64,000 bases of DNA from Mobula hypostoma (Eukaryota), in the NCBI RefSeq assembly GCF_963921235.1, contig NC_086097.1:131752001-131816000 (forward strand), written 5' to 3'. Numbering within the stretch: the first letter of the stretch is position 1; every line of letters begins with the position of its first letter. Below the pieces are notes generated by a model. That model made no database searches. It worked only from the letters and a program-made list of their open reading frames with translations, and was not told where the DNA came from. The position numbers were made by a program, and so were the translations under genes. Shown here piece after piece: positions 12,923-24,192 of the stretch.

Positions 12923-13488
12923 GGGTGTATGGGGTGTCAGAGAGGGGTAGCACCTCTGGTGGGGGAACATGTCGTGTCCTTTTCAAGGCAGTTAGCCCAC
13001 CTTTGGTCTCCAACTGCCACTCAGCTCTCACCTGTGGCTCCCCGTAGCTGTCTGCATGCGGCAGCGGCCACACCCCGGGCAACGGCTTTGACAAGCCGGC
13101 TAAACCAGGTGAGGGTAGCTGACGGGTCTCAAACCCTCGGTGAGATAGGGAGTTGTCTATCCCAGCATGTGAAGACAGACTCCGGTGGATTGAGCGGACG
13201 AGACCAATGGAAGATCCAACGGTCAAGAAGGCAGTCTCTGCAAGTGTCGTGGAACATGTAGAGGAGGACAAGACACAGAAGACATCCTGGTCATCCACTG
13301 CGCCTAGTCCCATCTCCAGTCGTCTCGACTCTTGTCTTCCCACTGGATCCAGATGGGAATTGGGAAGAGAGAGTGAGGCTGATGTTGTGCAACTCTCCCT
13401 CACTTAAGTCCAAATCATGCACCAGTCTCGACACCATCATCATCATAATGGTGTTGAGGTCTTCATCAACGATGACGATGGATGAACA
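12923..13488 (+). mobile_element. Non-autonomous retroposon (putatively RTE-derived), 566 bp
   Basis: Perfect 11-bp TSD ACTATAATTAG at 12912-12922 and 13489-13499. GC-rich, no coherent ORF, 3' catcatcat/gatgacgatg hairpin. Followed by a CR1 remnant. Confidence 0.75.
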
Positions 13489-13888
13489 ACTATAATTAGA
13501 GGACATAGGTTTAAAAGTGATCTGAGGGGTAAAGTTTTTGCAAAGAGTAGTCAGTATCTGGAATGAACTGCCAGAGGATGTAATAGAGCAAGGAGAAGTA
13601 ACAACATTTCAGAAGTATCTGAACAAATTCGTCTATAGAGGGATATGGAATTAATGTAGCAAGTGGGATTAGTATAGATTGGCTTGGTTATTCGTATAGA
13701 GTTGATTGTTGGTACAGCATAGAAACAGGCCCTTTAGCTCAACAATACAATTTTTCTATGAATTTTCCAATGGGCAATATATAACCAAGCTGTATAATGT
13801 TACAAAATATAATTTGCATTCTTTTTGTTTGCCGTGAGGTGTATAATAGTTAGGGAAATTGCAGGAGTTGCAATAATTTGGTTAATTC

Positions 13889-14553
13889 CGATCGCAGCTC
13901 GCAGCGGCCACTCCGGTGCTGATGTCTGTTATTTGTCAAGTAGGGTGCCGTGCACAATCCTGATTTGATGGAGACGGACATGAGAGCACGTAGGAACATC
14001 TGGTAAAACTTCTGAAATGACTGCTTCGCTGCTGCTGCTACTGTGTGGTCCAGAATCTCCGGAGGAGAAAGCCCTATGTCCTCAGCTTTGCCTGTTGCTC
14101 GGAGGCTGGGGCGAGGTCGAAGCGCTTGGCAGAAGATGGTGCTTGGAGAGGCTGTGTCAGAGGGCTGGTCGGAGGCTCGAAGTTTTCAGATGGACTCAGG
14201 GTCCGCTGCAATCAGGTGCTTCTAACGGTGCTGCATCAGCAAGTTGGTGGCGCTTGGAGGTTCATGGCCGGGAGAGTTCCTCTCTTCTGCTGCCTGCGTG
14301 AGATGATGAGTCTATCGGGACTTTGAGACTCTTTTTTTTACTGTGCCCATGGTCTGCTCTTTATCAAATTATGGTATTGCTTTGCACTGTTGTAACTATA
14401 TGTTATAATTATGTGGTTTTGTAAGTTTTAGTCTTGGTTTATCCTGTGTTTTCTTGTGATATCATTCTGGAGGAACGTTGTATCATTTTTTAATGCATGC
14501 ATTTCTAAATGACAATAAACGAGGACTGAGTGTCCTCATAATCTAATCTAATC
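13889..14553 (+). mobile_element. Non-autonomous LINE-dependent element with (AATCT)n tail
   Basis: TAATTC at 13883-13888 and 14554-14559. GC-rich 5' part, T-rich 3' part, AATAAA, hairpin GAGGAC/GTCCTC, (AATCT)3 tail. Confidence 0.65.
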
Positions 14554-14974
14554 TAATTCTTTATCAATCCCTAGCCAATAAATCCCTCTTACACATCAGC
14601 ACTCTCTTCCTGCAGTCAATATAAAGGAGAGACCAAAGAAGAAGGACGTTCTTCTATAATGTCTCCACCACCTCTGGACGTCCCAGAACCTTTGGAGGTA
14701 TTAACAATAAGTTCAAGTAGTCATGGCACTGGTAGTGAAAACCACAAACTAGCTCCAGTGTCCTGCAGGTTTGAAGTAAGGAACTCATTGGTGGTCAGAT
14801 GCCAGCAAATCTGGCCTCGTTCTCTGCCGCTGAACTCAGCACTGAGACTTGGGCTGGTCGGAACAAAAAAATAGAACAGTGCAGCTGAAGAACAGACACT
14901 TCAGCCCGTGATATCTGTGCCAACTTTGTTGACAATCCAAACTAATCCCATCTCTCTGCACATGGCAATCAACA

Positions 14975-15755
14975 TAGGCTCAAGGATGCCTGCTTAGCTT
15001 ACTGCTCTACTCACACGATTGTGTGGCTAGGCACAGCTCAAGTGCCATCCGCAATTTTACTGATGACACACCTGTGGCTGGCAGAACTTCTGGCGGTGAA
15101 AAGAAGGTATACGGGAGTGAGACAGCTCAGCTGATTGAGTGGTGTCACAAGAACAACTTTTTGTACTCAGTGCCAGCAAGACAAAGAAACTCATTGTGGA
15201 CCTCAGAAAGGGGAAGTCAGGAGAATACACACCAGTCATCATTGAGGAGTCTGAAGTGGAAAGGTGAGCAGTTTCAAGTCCTAGCTGTCAGCACCCCAGA
15301 CGATGTATCCTGTGTTCAGCATACTGATGCAATCACGAAGAAGACTACCAACTGCTATATTCATTGTGAGTTTGAGGAGATTTGGTATATCACCAAAGAC
15401 GCTAGCAAATTTCTACAGCTATGCAGTGGAGAAAGTATTGACTGGGTGCATCACTGTCTGGTATGGGGTGCTAATGTACAGGATGAAAAAAACATTCGAG
15501 GATTGTAGACTGAGCCAGCTCCATCATAGCACAAGCCTCACCACCACCAACCATCATCTGCCATCAGATTTCCGAATGGCCCACGAACCCACGAACACTG
15601 CCTCGCTATTTTGCTCTTTTTTTGCACTATCTATTTATTTTTAAACATATTCCTTACTTTAACATAGCAATTCTTAATATATTGCAGTGCACTGCTGCCT
15701 CAAAGCAACAAATTTCACAGTATATGTCAATGATAATAAAATCTCTGATTCTGAC
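14975..15755 (+). mobile_element. Rex1/Babar LINE 3' fragment
   Basis: Translations NFTDDT, QLIEWCHKNN, LRRFGISPKTLANFYSYAVEKVLTGCITVWYG. Tail 'aataaaatctctgattctga'. Confidence 0.85.
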
Positions 15756-15973
15756 TCATGGTCTCTATCCCACCAGTCCCTGCCTGTTCCTTCATCTACA
15801 CTCTTACTGTCTTGGTAAAGCAGCCAGCATAAGCAACAACCCCATCCAACACAGACACTCTCAACCCTCCCATTGGGCAGAGGATACAAAAGCCTTTAAA
15901 GAACATGCCATCAGACTAAAAGACATCTTCAAGCCTGCTATTATAATGCTATTGAGTCATCCCCTTGTACAAT

Positions 15974-16895
15974 AATCAGAATCAGAATCAGGTTTAATAT
16001 CACCGTCATATGTCGTGAAATTTGTTGTCTTTTGTGGCAGCAGTGCAATGCAAGTTTACAGCTTTCTGCAGCTCATTTCAATCCTGTGCAGTAGCCCATT
16101 CCCTTACAAGACAGGGTACATCTGTAGAGATTTGTGAGAGTCTTTGGATACATACCAAATCTTCTCAAGCTTCTGATAATATACTGTATAGCTGCTGCCA
16201 TGCTTTCTTTGTAGCTGCATTGATACTTTGAGTCCAGGCTAAATCCTCAGAGATATTGACAGGAACTTGAAGTTGCTCACTCTTTCCACTTCTGATCTCT
16301 TGATGCGGACTAGTATATGTTCCCTCATTTTACCCTTTCTGAAGTCTACAAGCAATTTTTTGATCCTACTGACGTTGAGTGTAAAGTTGTTGTTGCGATA
16401 CCACTTAACTAGCTGATATATCTCTCTCCTGTATGCCCTCTCGTTCACCATCTGAAATTCTGTCACCAATAGTTCTATCGTCAGCAAATCTAAAGATGGC
16501 GTTTGAGCTGTGTCTAGCCACACAGTCATGGGTGTAGAGAGAGTAGAGCAGTGGGCTAAGCACACAACCCTGATTGTCAGTGAGGTGGAGGTGTTATTTC
16601 CAATCTGCACAGATTGTGGTCTTCTGCTTAGGAAGCTGAGGATCCAGTTGCAGAAGGAGGTACAGAGGCGCAGGTTTTGGAGCTTTTTGATCAGAGTTGT
16701 AGGAATGATTGTGTTAAACGCAAAGCTATAGTCAATAAACAGCATCCTGACATAGGTATTAGTATTGTCCAGGTGATCCAAGGCCACTTGAAGAGCCAAT
16801 GAGATTGCATCCACCATGACCTATTGTGGCGACAGGCAAATTGCAGTGGGTTCAGGTCCTTGCTGAGACAGGAGTTAACTCTAGCCATAACCAAG
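15974..16895 (-). mobile_element. Rex1/Babar LINE RT fragment with (ATTCTG)n tail
   Basis: [73 protein letters not shown]. Confidence 0.92.
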
Positions 16896-17039
16896 ATGGA
16901 TTCTTGATCTCACCATTACCTCGTCATGGCCTTGTACCCTAATGTCTGCCTGCACTTTCTCTGTAACAGTAATGAAGAAATGACCAGTTCTGATACAGAG
17001 AGAAAGAATGAGTTTCATACTGAGTTCATGAACATGGAA

Positions 17040-17337
17040 CACACATCAAAGCTGCTGGTGAACACAGCAGGCCAGGCAGCATCTCTAGGAAGAGGTACAG
17101 TCAACGTTTCGGGCCGAAACCCTCTGTCAGGACTAACTGAAGGAAGAGCTAGTAAGATATTTGAAAGCTCCCACTTTTCAAATCTCTTACTAGCTCTTCC
17201 TTCAGTTAGTCCTGACAAAGGGTCTTGGCCCGAAATGTCAACTGTACCTCTTCCTAGAGATGCTGCCTGGCCTGCTGCATTCACCAGCAACTTTGATGTG
17301 TGTTGCTTGAATTTCCAGCATCTGCAGGATTCCTCGT
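17040..17337. mobile_element. Inverted pair of PLE 3' tails (~130-bp arm palindrome) with 16-bp TSD
   Basis: Arms ~17038-17167 and ~17174-17304 are reverse complements and match the PLE 3' end at 3390-3557. TSD GTTCATGAACATGGAA at 17024-17039 and 17338-17353. Confidence 0.9.
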
Positions 17338-17340
17338 GTT

Positions 17341-17475
17341 CATGAACATGGAAGATGTGGTGTTTTTCCTCAAGCTTCCGCTGGGTTCAATTGTAACATT
17401 GCAGGAAACCTTTGACAGATAGATCAGAGTGGTAATGGAATGGTGAATCTAAGTGTCAGATAGCTGGAAACTTCG
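17341..17475 (-). mobile_element. Old PLE GIY-YIG C-terminal remnant (target of the inverted insertion)
   Basis: The reverse strand reads HYHSDLSVKGFLQCYN..QRKLEEKHHIFH, homologous to HSHSDMSIHGLLYC..LRLEEQHLIFR. Confidence 0.65.
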
Positions 17476-18039
17476 TGCAAAGTAACCTCCCAATCTCTGT
17501 TTTATTTCCACTATATCTATGGTTCAGCTGGTGAGGGGATCAGGTCAGGGTTATTTCTGTGTGCAGAAGAAATGTTGTTTAGAAGTTGAGAGCCACCCTG
17601 CATTAATTGCATGCTCTATTAACTCTGGGAAGGTTTAACATTCAAAAAAAAATTCTTCCAAAAAAATTCTTCAAAATTGAACCGTCCCATAATAGTACCT
17701 GACAAGGGAATTTGTTTGCCTGAAATTTATTTTCCCATAAGCCTATCATTGAAGTTGGTCTAATTATTGAAAAATAATTGAACACTGCAGGTTCATCCCA
17801 AGAGAGTCATAGAGTCATGGAGAAGCAGGCCCTTCAGCCCATCCAGTCTGTGCCAAACTTTTATTCCATCTAGTCCCATCGACCTGCACCTGGCCTATAG
17901 CTCTCCATACCCCTCAATAAAGTTTTTCAATGTAAATGGAGTACATTGAATACAATCTTATGCATGACTGCATTTAACCTCTAGAGAGTGTACCTCAGAT
18001 GTACTCGTTCGATGTTATCATCAACTAAGAAATGGGCAT

Positions 18040-18362
18040 AGGTAGAGTCTTTCTCCAAGGGAAAGGGGCCTAAAACCAAAGGATATAGGTTTAAAGTGAG
18101 AGGGGAAAGATTTAAATGAATGTGGGGGCAACTTCTTCATGCAGAAAGTGATGTGTTTATGGAACAAGCTGTTAGAGAAGTAGGTGAGGCAGATACAATA
18201 AAGATTTTTAATTTAAAAAATGTGGATAAGTATATGGAGGCGAATGTTTTAGGGAGATATGGTCAAGTGTGGGAAAATAGGATTAGCTTAGGTGAGCCTT
18301 TAGTCAGCATAGATGAGTTGGGCTGAAGGGCCTGTTTCTGTGCTGTTTTGCTCTCTGGCTCT
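18040..18362 (+). mobile_element. CR1 3' end remnant
   Basis: 'ggatataggtttaaagtgagaggggaaagatttaaa...gggctgaagggcctgtttctgtgctg'. Confidence 0.75.
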
Positions 18363-19051
18363 GTAATACACATTTTTATGGATTGTTTACAATGGTAAAC
18401 ACAATCCTGCGTTTCTATAAACCCAGAGTACAGTGTTGATATATTTTCATATAATTACCTGTGTGTTTAATCTCTATTTTGAGAACCCGTGCAAGCTTTA
18501 TAAACGAAAGAGAAACCTTTTGCTGTTGCTGTTCTGGTAAGAGAAGCCTGTGTCGCTAATGGTGCCACCTTCTTAAATTGCTTATGACAAGGTGCTAAGG
18601 GCAATCACCATGGCACTGGAGGACCCAGCTGTTCCCACCAGCCCTCATTTCTCAATGACTATTCTCCTTTATCAATGCACTGTGCTACAGAACGAGCCTC
18701 CTCTTGACTTTACAACTGGCAGATTGCAAGTTAAAAACCCACGTTTGCCAGCTGAATAAGACAACAATCTTCTGTCATCCTGAGGAAAGTTATCTTTCTC
18801 TCTTTCACAATCTCAGTTTTGTTGCTAAGTGAATATTGTAGTCACATACCATTATTGGGAAATTGCCAGTGGTTTATGCATTATAATCCCACACACATAA
18901 GCAAGATTTAAATTCAAAGTGAAATCTGTAATATTTCCGATCTGTTTCTTCAGGTAAAAACGAGTGAATGAAGTCTGAATCTATTCAGATTCATGATCAG
19001 GAAAGTATAGGTAGAGTGAACATCACAACAGCAAGCTGCATTTATATTGTA

Positions 19052-19465
19052 GTGTAGCACAGCAGCGCAGTTCGTAGAGCTGCTGTCTCATTGCTCCAGC
19101 AACCCAGGATCAATCCTGACCTTGACTGCTATCTTAAACATGAGGAATTCTGTAGATGCTACAGTATTCTCCTCCATAAATGTTACCTAACCTGCTGAGT
19201 TCCTCCAGTACTTCGTGTGTTGGTTGGATGATATCTGCTTGGAATTTACATGGTAACATTCTTCTTCTGATTGCTCTGGTTTCCTTCCACATCCTAAAGA
19301 TCTCCAGTGGTTTAATAGCCACTGTAAATTACCCACAGTGTGGAGGATAGTGGTAGAACTAGAGGTAGCTGATGGAAATATGGGGAAAACAAATCGGGAT
19401 TAGGAAAGGATTAGTGTAACTCGGAGCATGAGAGTTCGCTCTGACTGAAGGACTTGTTTCACAGG
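19052..19465 (+). mobile_element. V-SINE/HE1-like SINE interrupted by a PLE-tail insertion (19135-19228)
   Basis: tRNA-like head 'ggatcaatcc', V-core 'gctctggtttccttccacatcctaaaga', CR1-like tail 'gactgaaggacttgtttc'. Confidence 0.65.
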
Positions 19466-20279
19466 AAAATATCAAACACAAATTAATGTCAGCCCAGATA
19501 AGTTTAGAAAAAAGTACTTGCAAATGCTGGACCTTACTTTTCCCTGTTTCAGTTGTCTTCTCCAAACACACAAACCTCAAAGATTCTTGCACTTTTGGAA
19601 TCAATCTTCTTTTACAACTATAATGTCTATTGTGTCACATTGTTCTTGTCCCTTAGGTCTTAAAGGAATGAATATTTACTGAAGAGTGTCGGCCTTTTAG
19701 GACTTAGATTAGGAAGGGTCTGTTTTGTAGATGGGAGCAAATCTTTGCTTAGACAAAGAAATCAGCCACTTACAAGAAGAAATCTCTTTACTGGGAAGCT
19801 CATATGTCTTTGGAATTCTCTAGTTAAGAGGCAAATTTGTTGAGTATATTCAAGACAGGTCAATAGACTGTTATACTTTTGGATCTGAGGCACAGGATCA
19901 ATTACAGTCTTTTCCAATGTCAGTGCAGGCTCGAAGGGTTGAATAACCTACCCTTCTGCTCTTTATACTTTTAAATATATGGCTCAGATATCAGGTATAA
20001 CAAGGAGCTGTTTGCAATAGCGAGGAGGAACTAGAGGAAATGCCGTGATGGAGATACTCAGGGTTCATTCCAAACTTATATCACCTTCTCTCCAATCTAA
20101 TCCCTGAGTTAGTGGAGAGGGTCTAAGAGTCACAAGCCCTTTACTCCATCTCATCCATGGTTATGTTTTTTGCATATCTACATTAATCCCATTCATCTCT
20201 GCCCATATTATGACAGTGTCCTTCTATGCCTTGCATTTTATGTGTCTGCCTAAATGCTTCAAACATAATCATTGTAGAT

Positions 20280-20738
20280 ATGTTGCCGGGACTCGAGAAA
20301 CTCGGTTACAGAGAAAGGTTGAACAGGTTAGGATTTTATTCCCTGGAGCGGAGAAGAATGAGGGGAGACTTGATAGAGGTATATAAAATTATGATGGGTA
20401 TAGATAGAGTGAATGCAAGCAGGCTTTTTCCACTGAGGCAAGGGGAGAAAAAAAAACAGAGGACATGGGTTAAGGGTGAGGGGGGAAAAGTTTAAAGGGA
20501 ACATTAGAGGGGGCTTCTTCACACAGAGAGTGGTGGGAGTATGGAATGAGCTGCCAGACGAGGTGGTAAATGTGGGTTCTTTTTTAACATTTAAGAATAA
20601 ATTGGACAGATACATGGATGGGAGGTGTATGGAGGGATATGGTCTGTGTGCAGGTCAGTGGGACTAGGCAGAAAATGGTTCGGCACAGCCAAGAAGGGCA
20701 AAAAGGCCTGTTTCTGTGCTGTAGTTTCTATGGTTCTA
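20280..20738 (+). mobile_element. Young CR1 3' fragment nested in an older antisense CR1 tail
   Basis: MLPGLEKLGYRERLNRLGFYSLERRRMRGDLIEVYKIM; FFTQRVVGVWNELP; FKNKLDRYM. Tail 'tttctatggttctat'. Confidence 0.9.
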
Positions 20739-20968
20739 TTCAACAACCTTTACTGGCAGCATTTTCTTGATATCAACCCCTCTGTGTAAAAATACATCCC
20801 CTGTGTAAAATTACTTTCCTCTCACCTTAAATATGTACCCTCTTGTCTTTGATGCCCAGATCATGAGAACAATATTTTGCCTAATTACTCTGATTTTGCT
20901 TCTCATGAACTAAGATACTTCTACCAGGTCATTCCTCTACCACCTTCACTTCAAAACCAGGTGATACG

Positions 20969-21572
20969 TGTATGTGTGGCCTCCGTCGGTCATGGTCGAA
21001 CATGGGTACTGCGCCTCTGGTAGTCACTGGGAGTGGCCTCTCCAGGGCGCAAGCCAGGGCAGAGAAGATATGGAGATCTGCCTGTTGCCCATGCAGTGGG
21101 ACCCCCCTATCCATGCTGATGACAGGTCCAAAGGAACGACGAATGTCGATAGCGTTTGGTGCCAGCAGCATTGCAGGAGTTGCCGTGCCGGTGCTGGGTA
21201 CAGCAGTCAGCCGTCTTCGGGACACTGACTCCGGATTTTTCCTTGGGGTTTACTCTCAAAGCCTTTCCCATGAGCGGGTATAGCCGCAAGGCAGCGGAGG
21301 TTTGAAATCGGAGTTTTCCCTCTCCTAGATGAGCTACCATCCGTGGTTAACGAGCCTGGATCAACTAGTTTTAATGTGCCAGTGGCCCACCTTTGCCCCT
21401 TCTCCGGTCAGTGAGATCAGCTCCAATGGGCATAAGAATTATGCCACACGTGAAGGCCAGGAGTTGGACTTGGTTGTCAGAGGCTGTTTGAGATGCACGC
21501 CGTGAAGAGCATTTGTTTAGCAGTGGGAACTCGTCCCCACTATCACCCTTCGTCTATGACTACCTTTGGAGC
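20969..21572 (-). mobile_element. Putative RTE-derived bipartite non-autonomous retroposon
   Basis: Degenerate TSD CCAGGTGATACG (20957-20968) / CCAGGTTATATG (21573-21584). The minus strand has an RTE-5'UTR-like 'ggagagggaaaactccgatttcaaacctccgctgccttgcggctataccc' and ends 'ccatgaccgacggaggccacacatac'. Confidence 0.6.
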
Positions 21573-22740
21573 CCAGGTTATATGATTATCACTGATTATA
21601 ATGACATGAAAGTTGTTGTTCTGTGTATTGTGCAAAGACACAAAAGTGACTATAAATGACAAAAGAAAATGCAAAGAAAGGGAATGATTTAAATTTATGG
21701 TTCATGGACTATTCCGAATACTGATGGCAGATGGTAAGAAGCTGTTCCTAATGAGTGTGGGTCTTCGTTCTTTGCAATCTCTCCACATAATTAAACACCT
21801 CCACTCTAGGCAACATCCTAGTGAGTCTCCATGCACTCCTTCCAGTGCAACTGCATCCTTCCTATGGCATGGAGACCAGAATTGCACACGATACTCAAAG
21901 TGTTGAGAGGTTTAAGAATTATAGGCCATCACATAACTGAACTAATCGCATCAATCTTGGATTCCAAACCCTGTTCTTCACAAGCTGGCAACCTACCTAA
22001 TCTCTGCCAAGCAAGAATAAATACCTTGAGTCTGTTTGTGACTTCCAATTTATCAAGCTTATTTTCTTACCTTCCAACATTTGAAGTAGAAACGATTGTT
22101 CTGTTTTCACCTGAGGTACTCTGGTATAGGGAAAAAGGAATCTGTTCCCAAGAATTGAGCAGAATTCTCCAGCCTTTAAATATTGATGGTGAAAGATTGA
22201 CAACAAGAGCACAGAATTTTAAGCATGGCATGGCTTAAGGACTCCATAGAGTGCAGGTTCTGCAGAGCATAATGGAGAAAGAATTTATATAAGGAAGGAG
22301 TATAAACCATGCATTACTTAGCATGCTCAAGACCACAAAAAATTGTAGAGATTTGTGGCCACCGTGCAAACGAGCTTTCCTTCCAAGGATACGGTCTACA
22401 TTTCCTGTTGCTGCAAGAAAGCAGCCAGCATAATCAAAAACACCTACCACCTCGGTCATTCTCTCTTCACCCCACTTCCATCAGGCAGAAGATACCAACC
22501 CTTGAGAACATTTACTACCACACTCAAGGAGAGCTTATATCCTGCTATTGGATGGACCTCTTGTGCAATAACAATGAGGTCTTAACTTCACATCTACTTC
22601 ATCATGGCCCTTGCACCTTATGATCTTTCTGTCCTGTTCTTTCTCGGTAACTATAACACTCAATTCTGCATTACGTTATTGCTTTTCCCTTGTACTACCT
22701 TGATGTACATATTTGGAAATGATCTGAATGGATGGCATGA

Positions 22741-23290
22741 AAAGTTCAAAGTTCAAGTTTCAAAAAAATTATTATTGAAGTACATATATGTACAAACGTA
22801 TATCACCTTACACAACCCTGTGATTAATTTTATTGCAGGCGTTCACAATAAACACAAGAAACACAATAGAATCAATGAAGGATTGTACCCAACAGGATAG
22901 ACAAACAGTCAATGTGCAAAAAACAACAAACTGTGCAATCTTTTGACAGTCAAAGGGAGCATAAAAGGCAGTGAGCTCATCTGGAAGCAAAACATTGTTG
23001 TACTTATGATGTTTGGTTTCACTTTGTAGGAGGTGATAGGATTTAAGTCCTGCCACAGATATCGAGCATTCTTCAGTGATTCAAGTTTGGTCTTGAATTG
23101 CCACTTTGCATGTGAGATGGCTTTCCGGAGCTTGTACCTGCACCTCTTATATATTACTTGGTCCACTGATCTACGCCCCAGCAGATTGCGGATCTTTTGG
23201 TTCATCCAGGGCTTCTGGTTAGGGAAGATTTATTTACAAGTATTTTTATAAAATGTCCATGACAAACATGGTGTCATCTACCCTGCCGGG
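22741..23290 (-). mobile_element. Rex1/Babar fragment: EN-RT linker joined to 3' tail (internal deletion)
   Basis: FPNQKPWMNQKIRNLL...YKRCRYKLRKAISHAK...LPDELTAFYAPFD, then directly the 3' UTR/(CTTTGAA)n tail. Confidence 0.8.
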
Positions 23291-23465
23291 TCCTTCCCTA
23301 TTTCCCCACCAGGTCCTCCCCTATTGCCAGGCTACACCCTCTCTCCCCTTTCACTGCCAGCCCTGCCTCTCCTCCATCCTCCAATGCTACCCATAACTCT
23401 AACCTCAACATCCCTCTCTCCTCAAGCCTCTCTCCTTCATTCTCCAACCCTACCTTTTTGTCTGT

Positions 23466-23737
23466 GTGACTAGAGGACGCAGCGTCAGAATAGAGGGGCA
23501 TCCTTTTAGAACGGAGATGAGGAGGATTTTTTTTAGCCAGAAAGTGGTGAATCTGTGGAAATCATTGCCACAACCAGCTGCGGAGGCCAAATCTTTAAGT
23601 ATATTTAATGCAGAGGTTGATAGATTCTTGATTTGTCAGGGCAGGAAGGAATACTGGGTGAAGGCAGAAGAATGGGGCTGAGAGGTAAAATAGATCAGCC
23701 ATGATGAAATGGCCTAATTTTGCTCCTATGTCTTATG
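23466..23737 (+). mobile_element. CR1 3' end
   Basis: TRGRSVRIEGHPFRTEMRRIFFSQKVVNLWKSLP. Tail 'tgctcctatgtcttatgg'. Confidence 0.85.
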
Positions 23738-23855
23738 GTATTACTCTGGATTTCCTGCATCTGCAGAATCTCTTGTATTACTGATCTGAAACAGTTTTTT
23801 TTCATTTCAACCTCCCATATTCCCATTGGTTCCTTCCAGATGCTACTGCCCTCAC

Positions 23856-24064
23856 TGTTCTGTCTATGCACAACTACCTATCGATTAAATAAAAACACGC
23901 ACGGGGGAGATGGCTTTAACTGGTGTATTCATATTGCAGTGAGAGAGGGAGAAAACAATGCGCACGTGTAGACAAGAAAACACATGCAGACAACAGATCA
24001 ATATGTAGTGTTAAGGGAGGGAGCAGGGGTTATTGCTCTAAAAGAAATAGATCCATACATTACA
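23856..24064 (-). repeat. 3' LTR of the Gypsy element
   Basis: TGTTCTGTCT...CATTACA. 74 of the first 89 positions are identical to the other LTR by hand alignment. Confidence 0.88.
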
Positions 24065-24078
24065 CTTCCTCTCCCTCT
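24065..24078 (-). promoter_or_regulatory. Polypurine tract
   Basis: Minus-strand AGAGGGAGAGGAAG immediately precedes the 3' LTR. Confidence 0.85.
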
Positions 24079-24192
24079 AGATTAATGCAACATAAAACTG
24101 TATATGTACAAAGCATTAAATTTCCCTTTCATAAACCCATATTCTAAATAAACATGCTTTCACAATAACAGTCCATAACTAACTTCACAGTT

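Noticed and set aside
12906..13407. Overlapping 84-165 aa ORFs as genes
   Set aside because: They lie inside a GC-rich TSD-flanked retroposon. Stop-codon scarcity explains them, and there are no domain motifs.
16926..17345. Paired ORFs on both strands encoding similar peptides (also 3321-3603)
   Set aside because: An artefact of the inverted PLE-tail repeat; these are translations of non-coding UTR.
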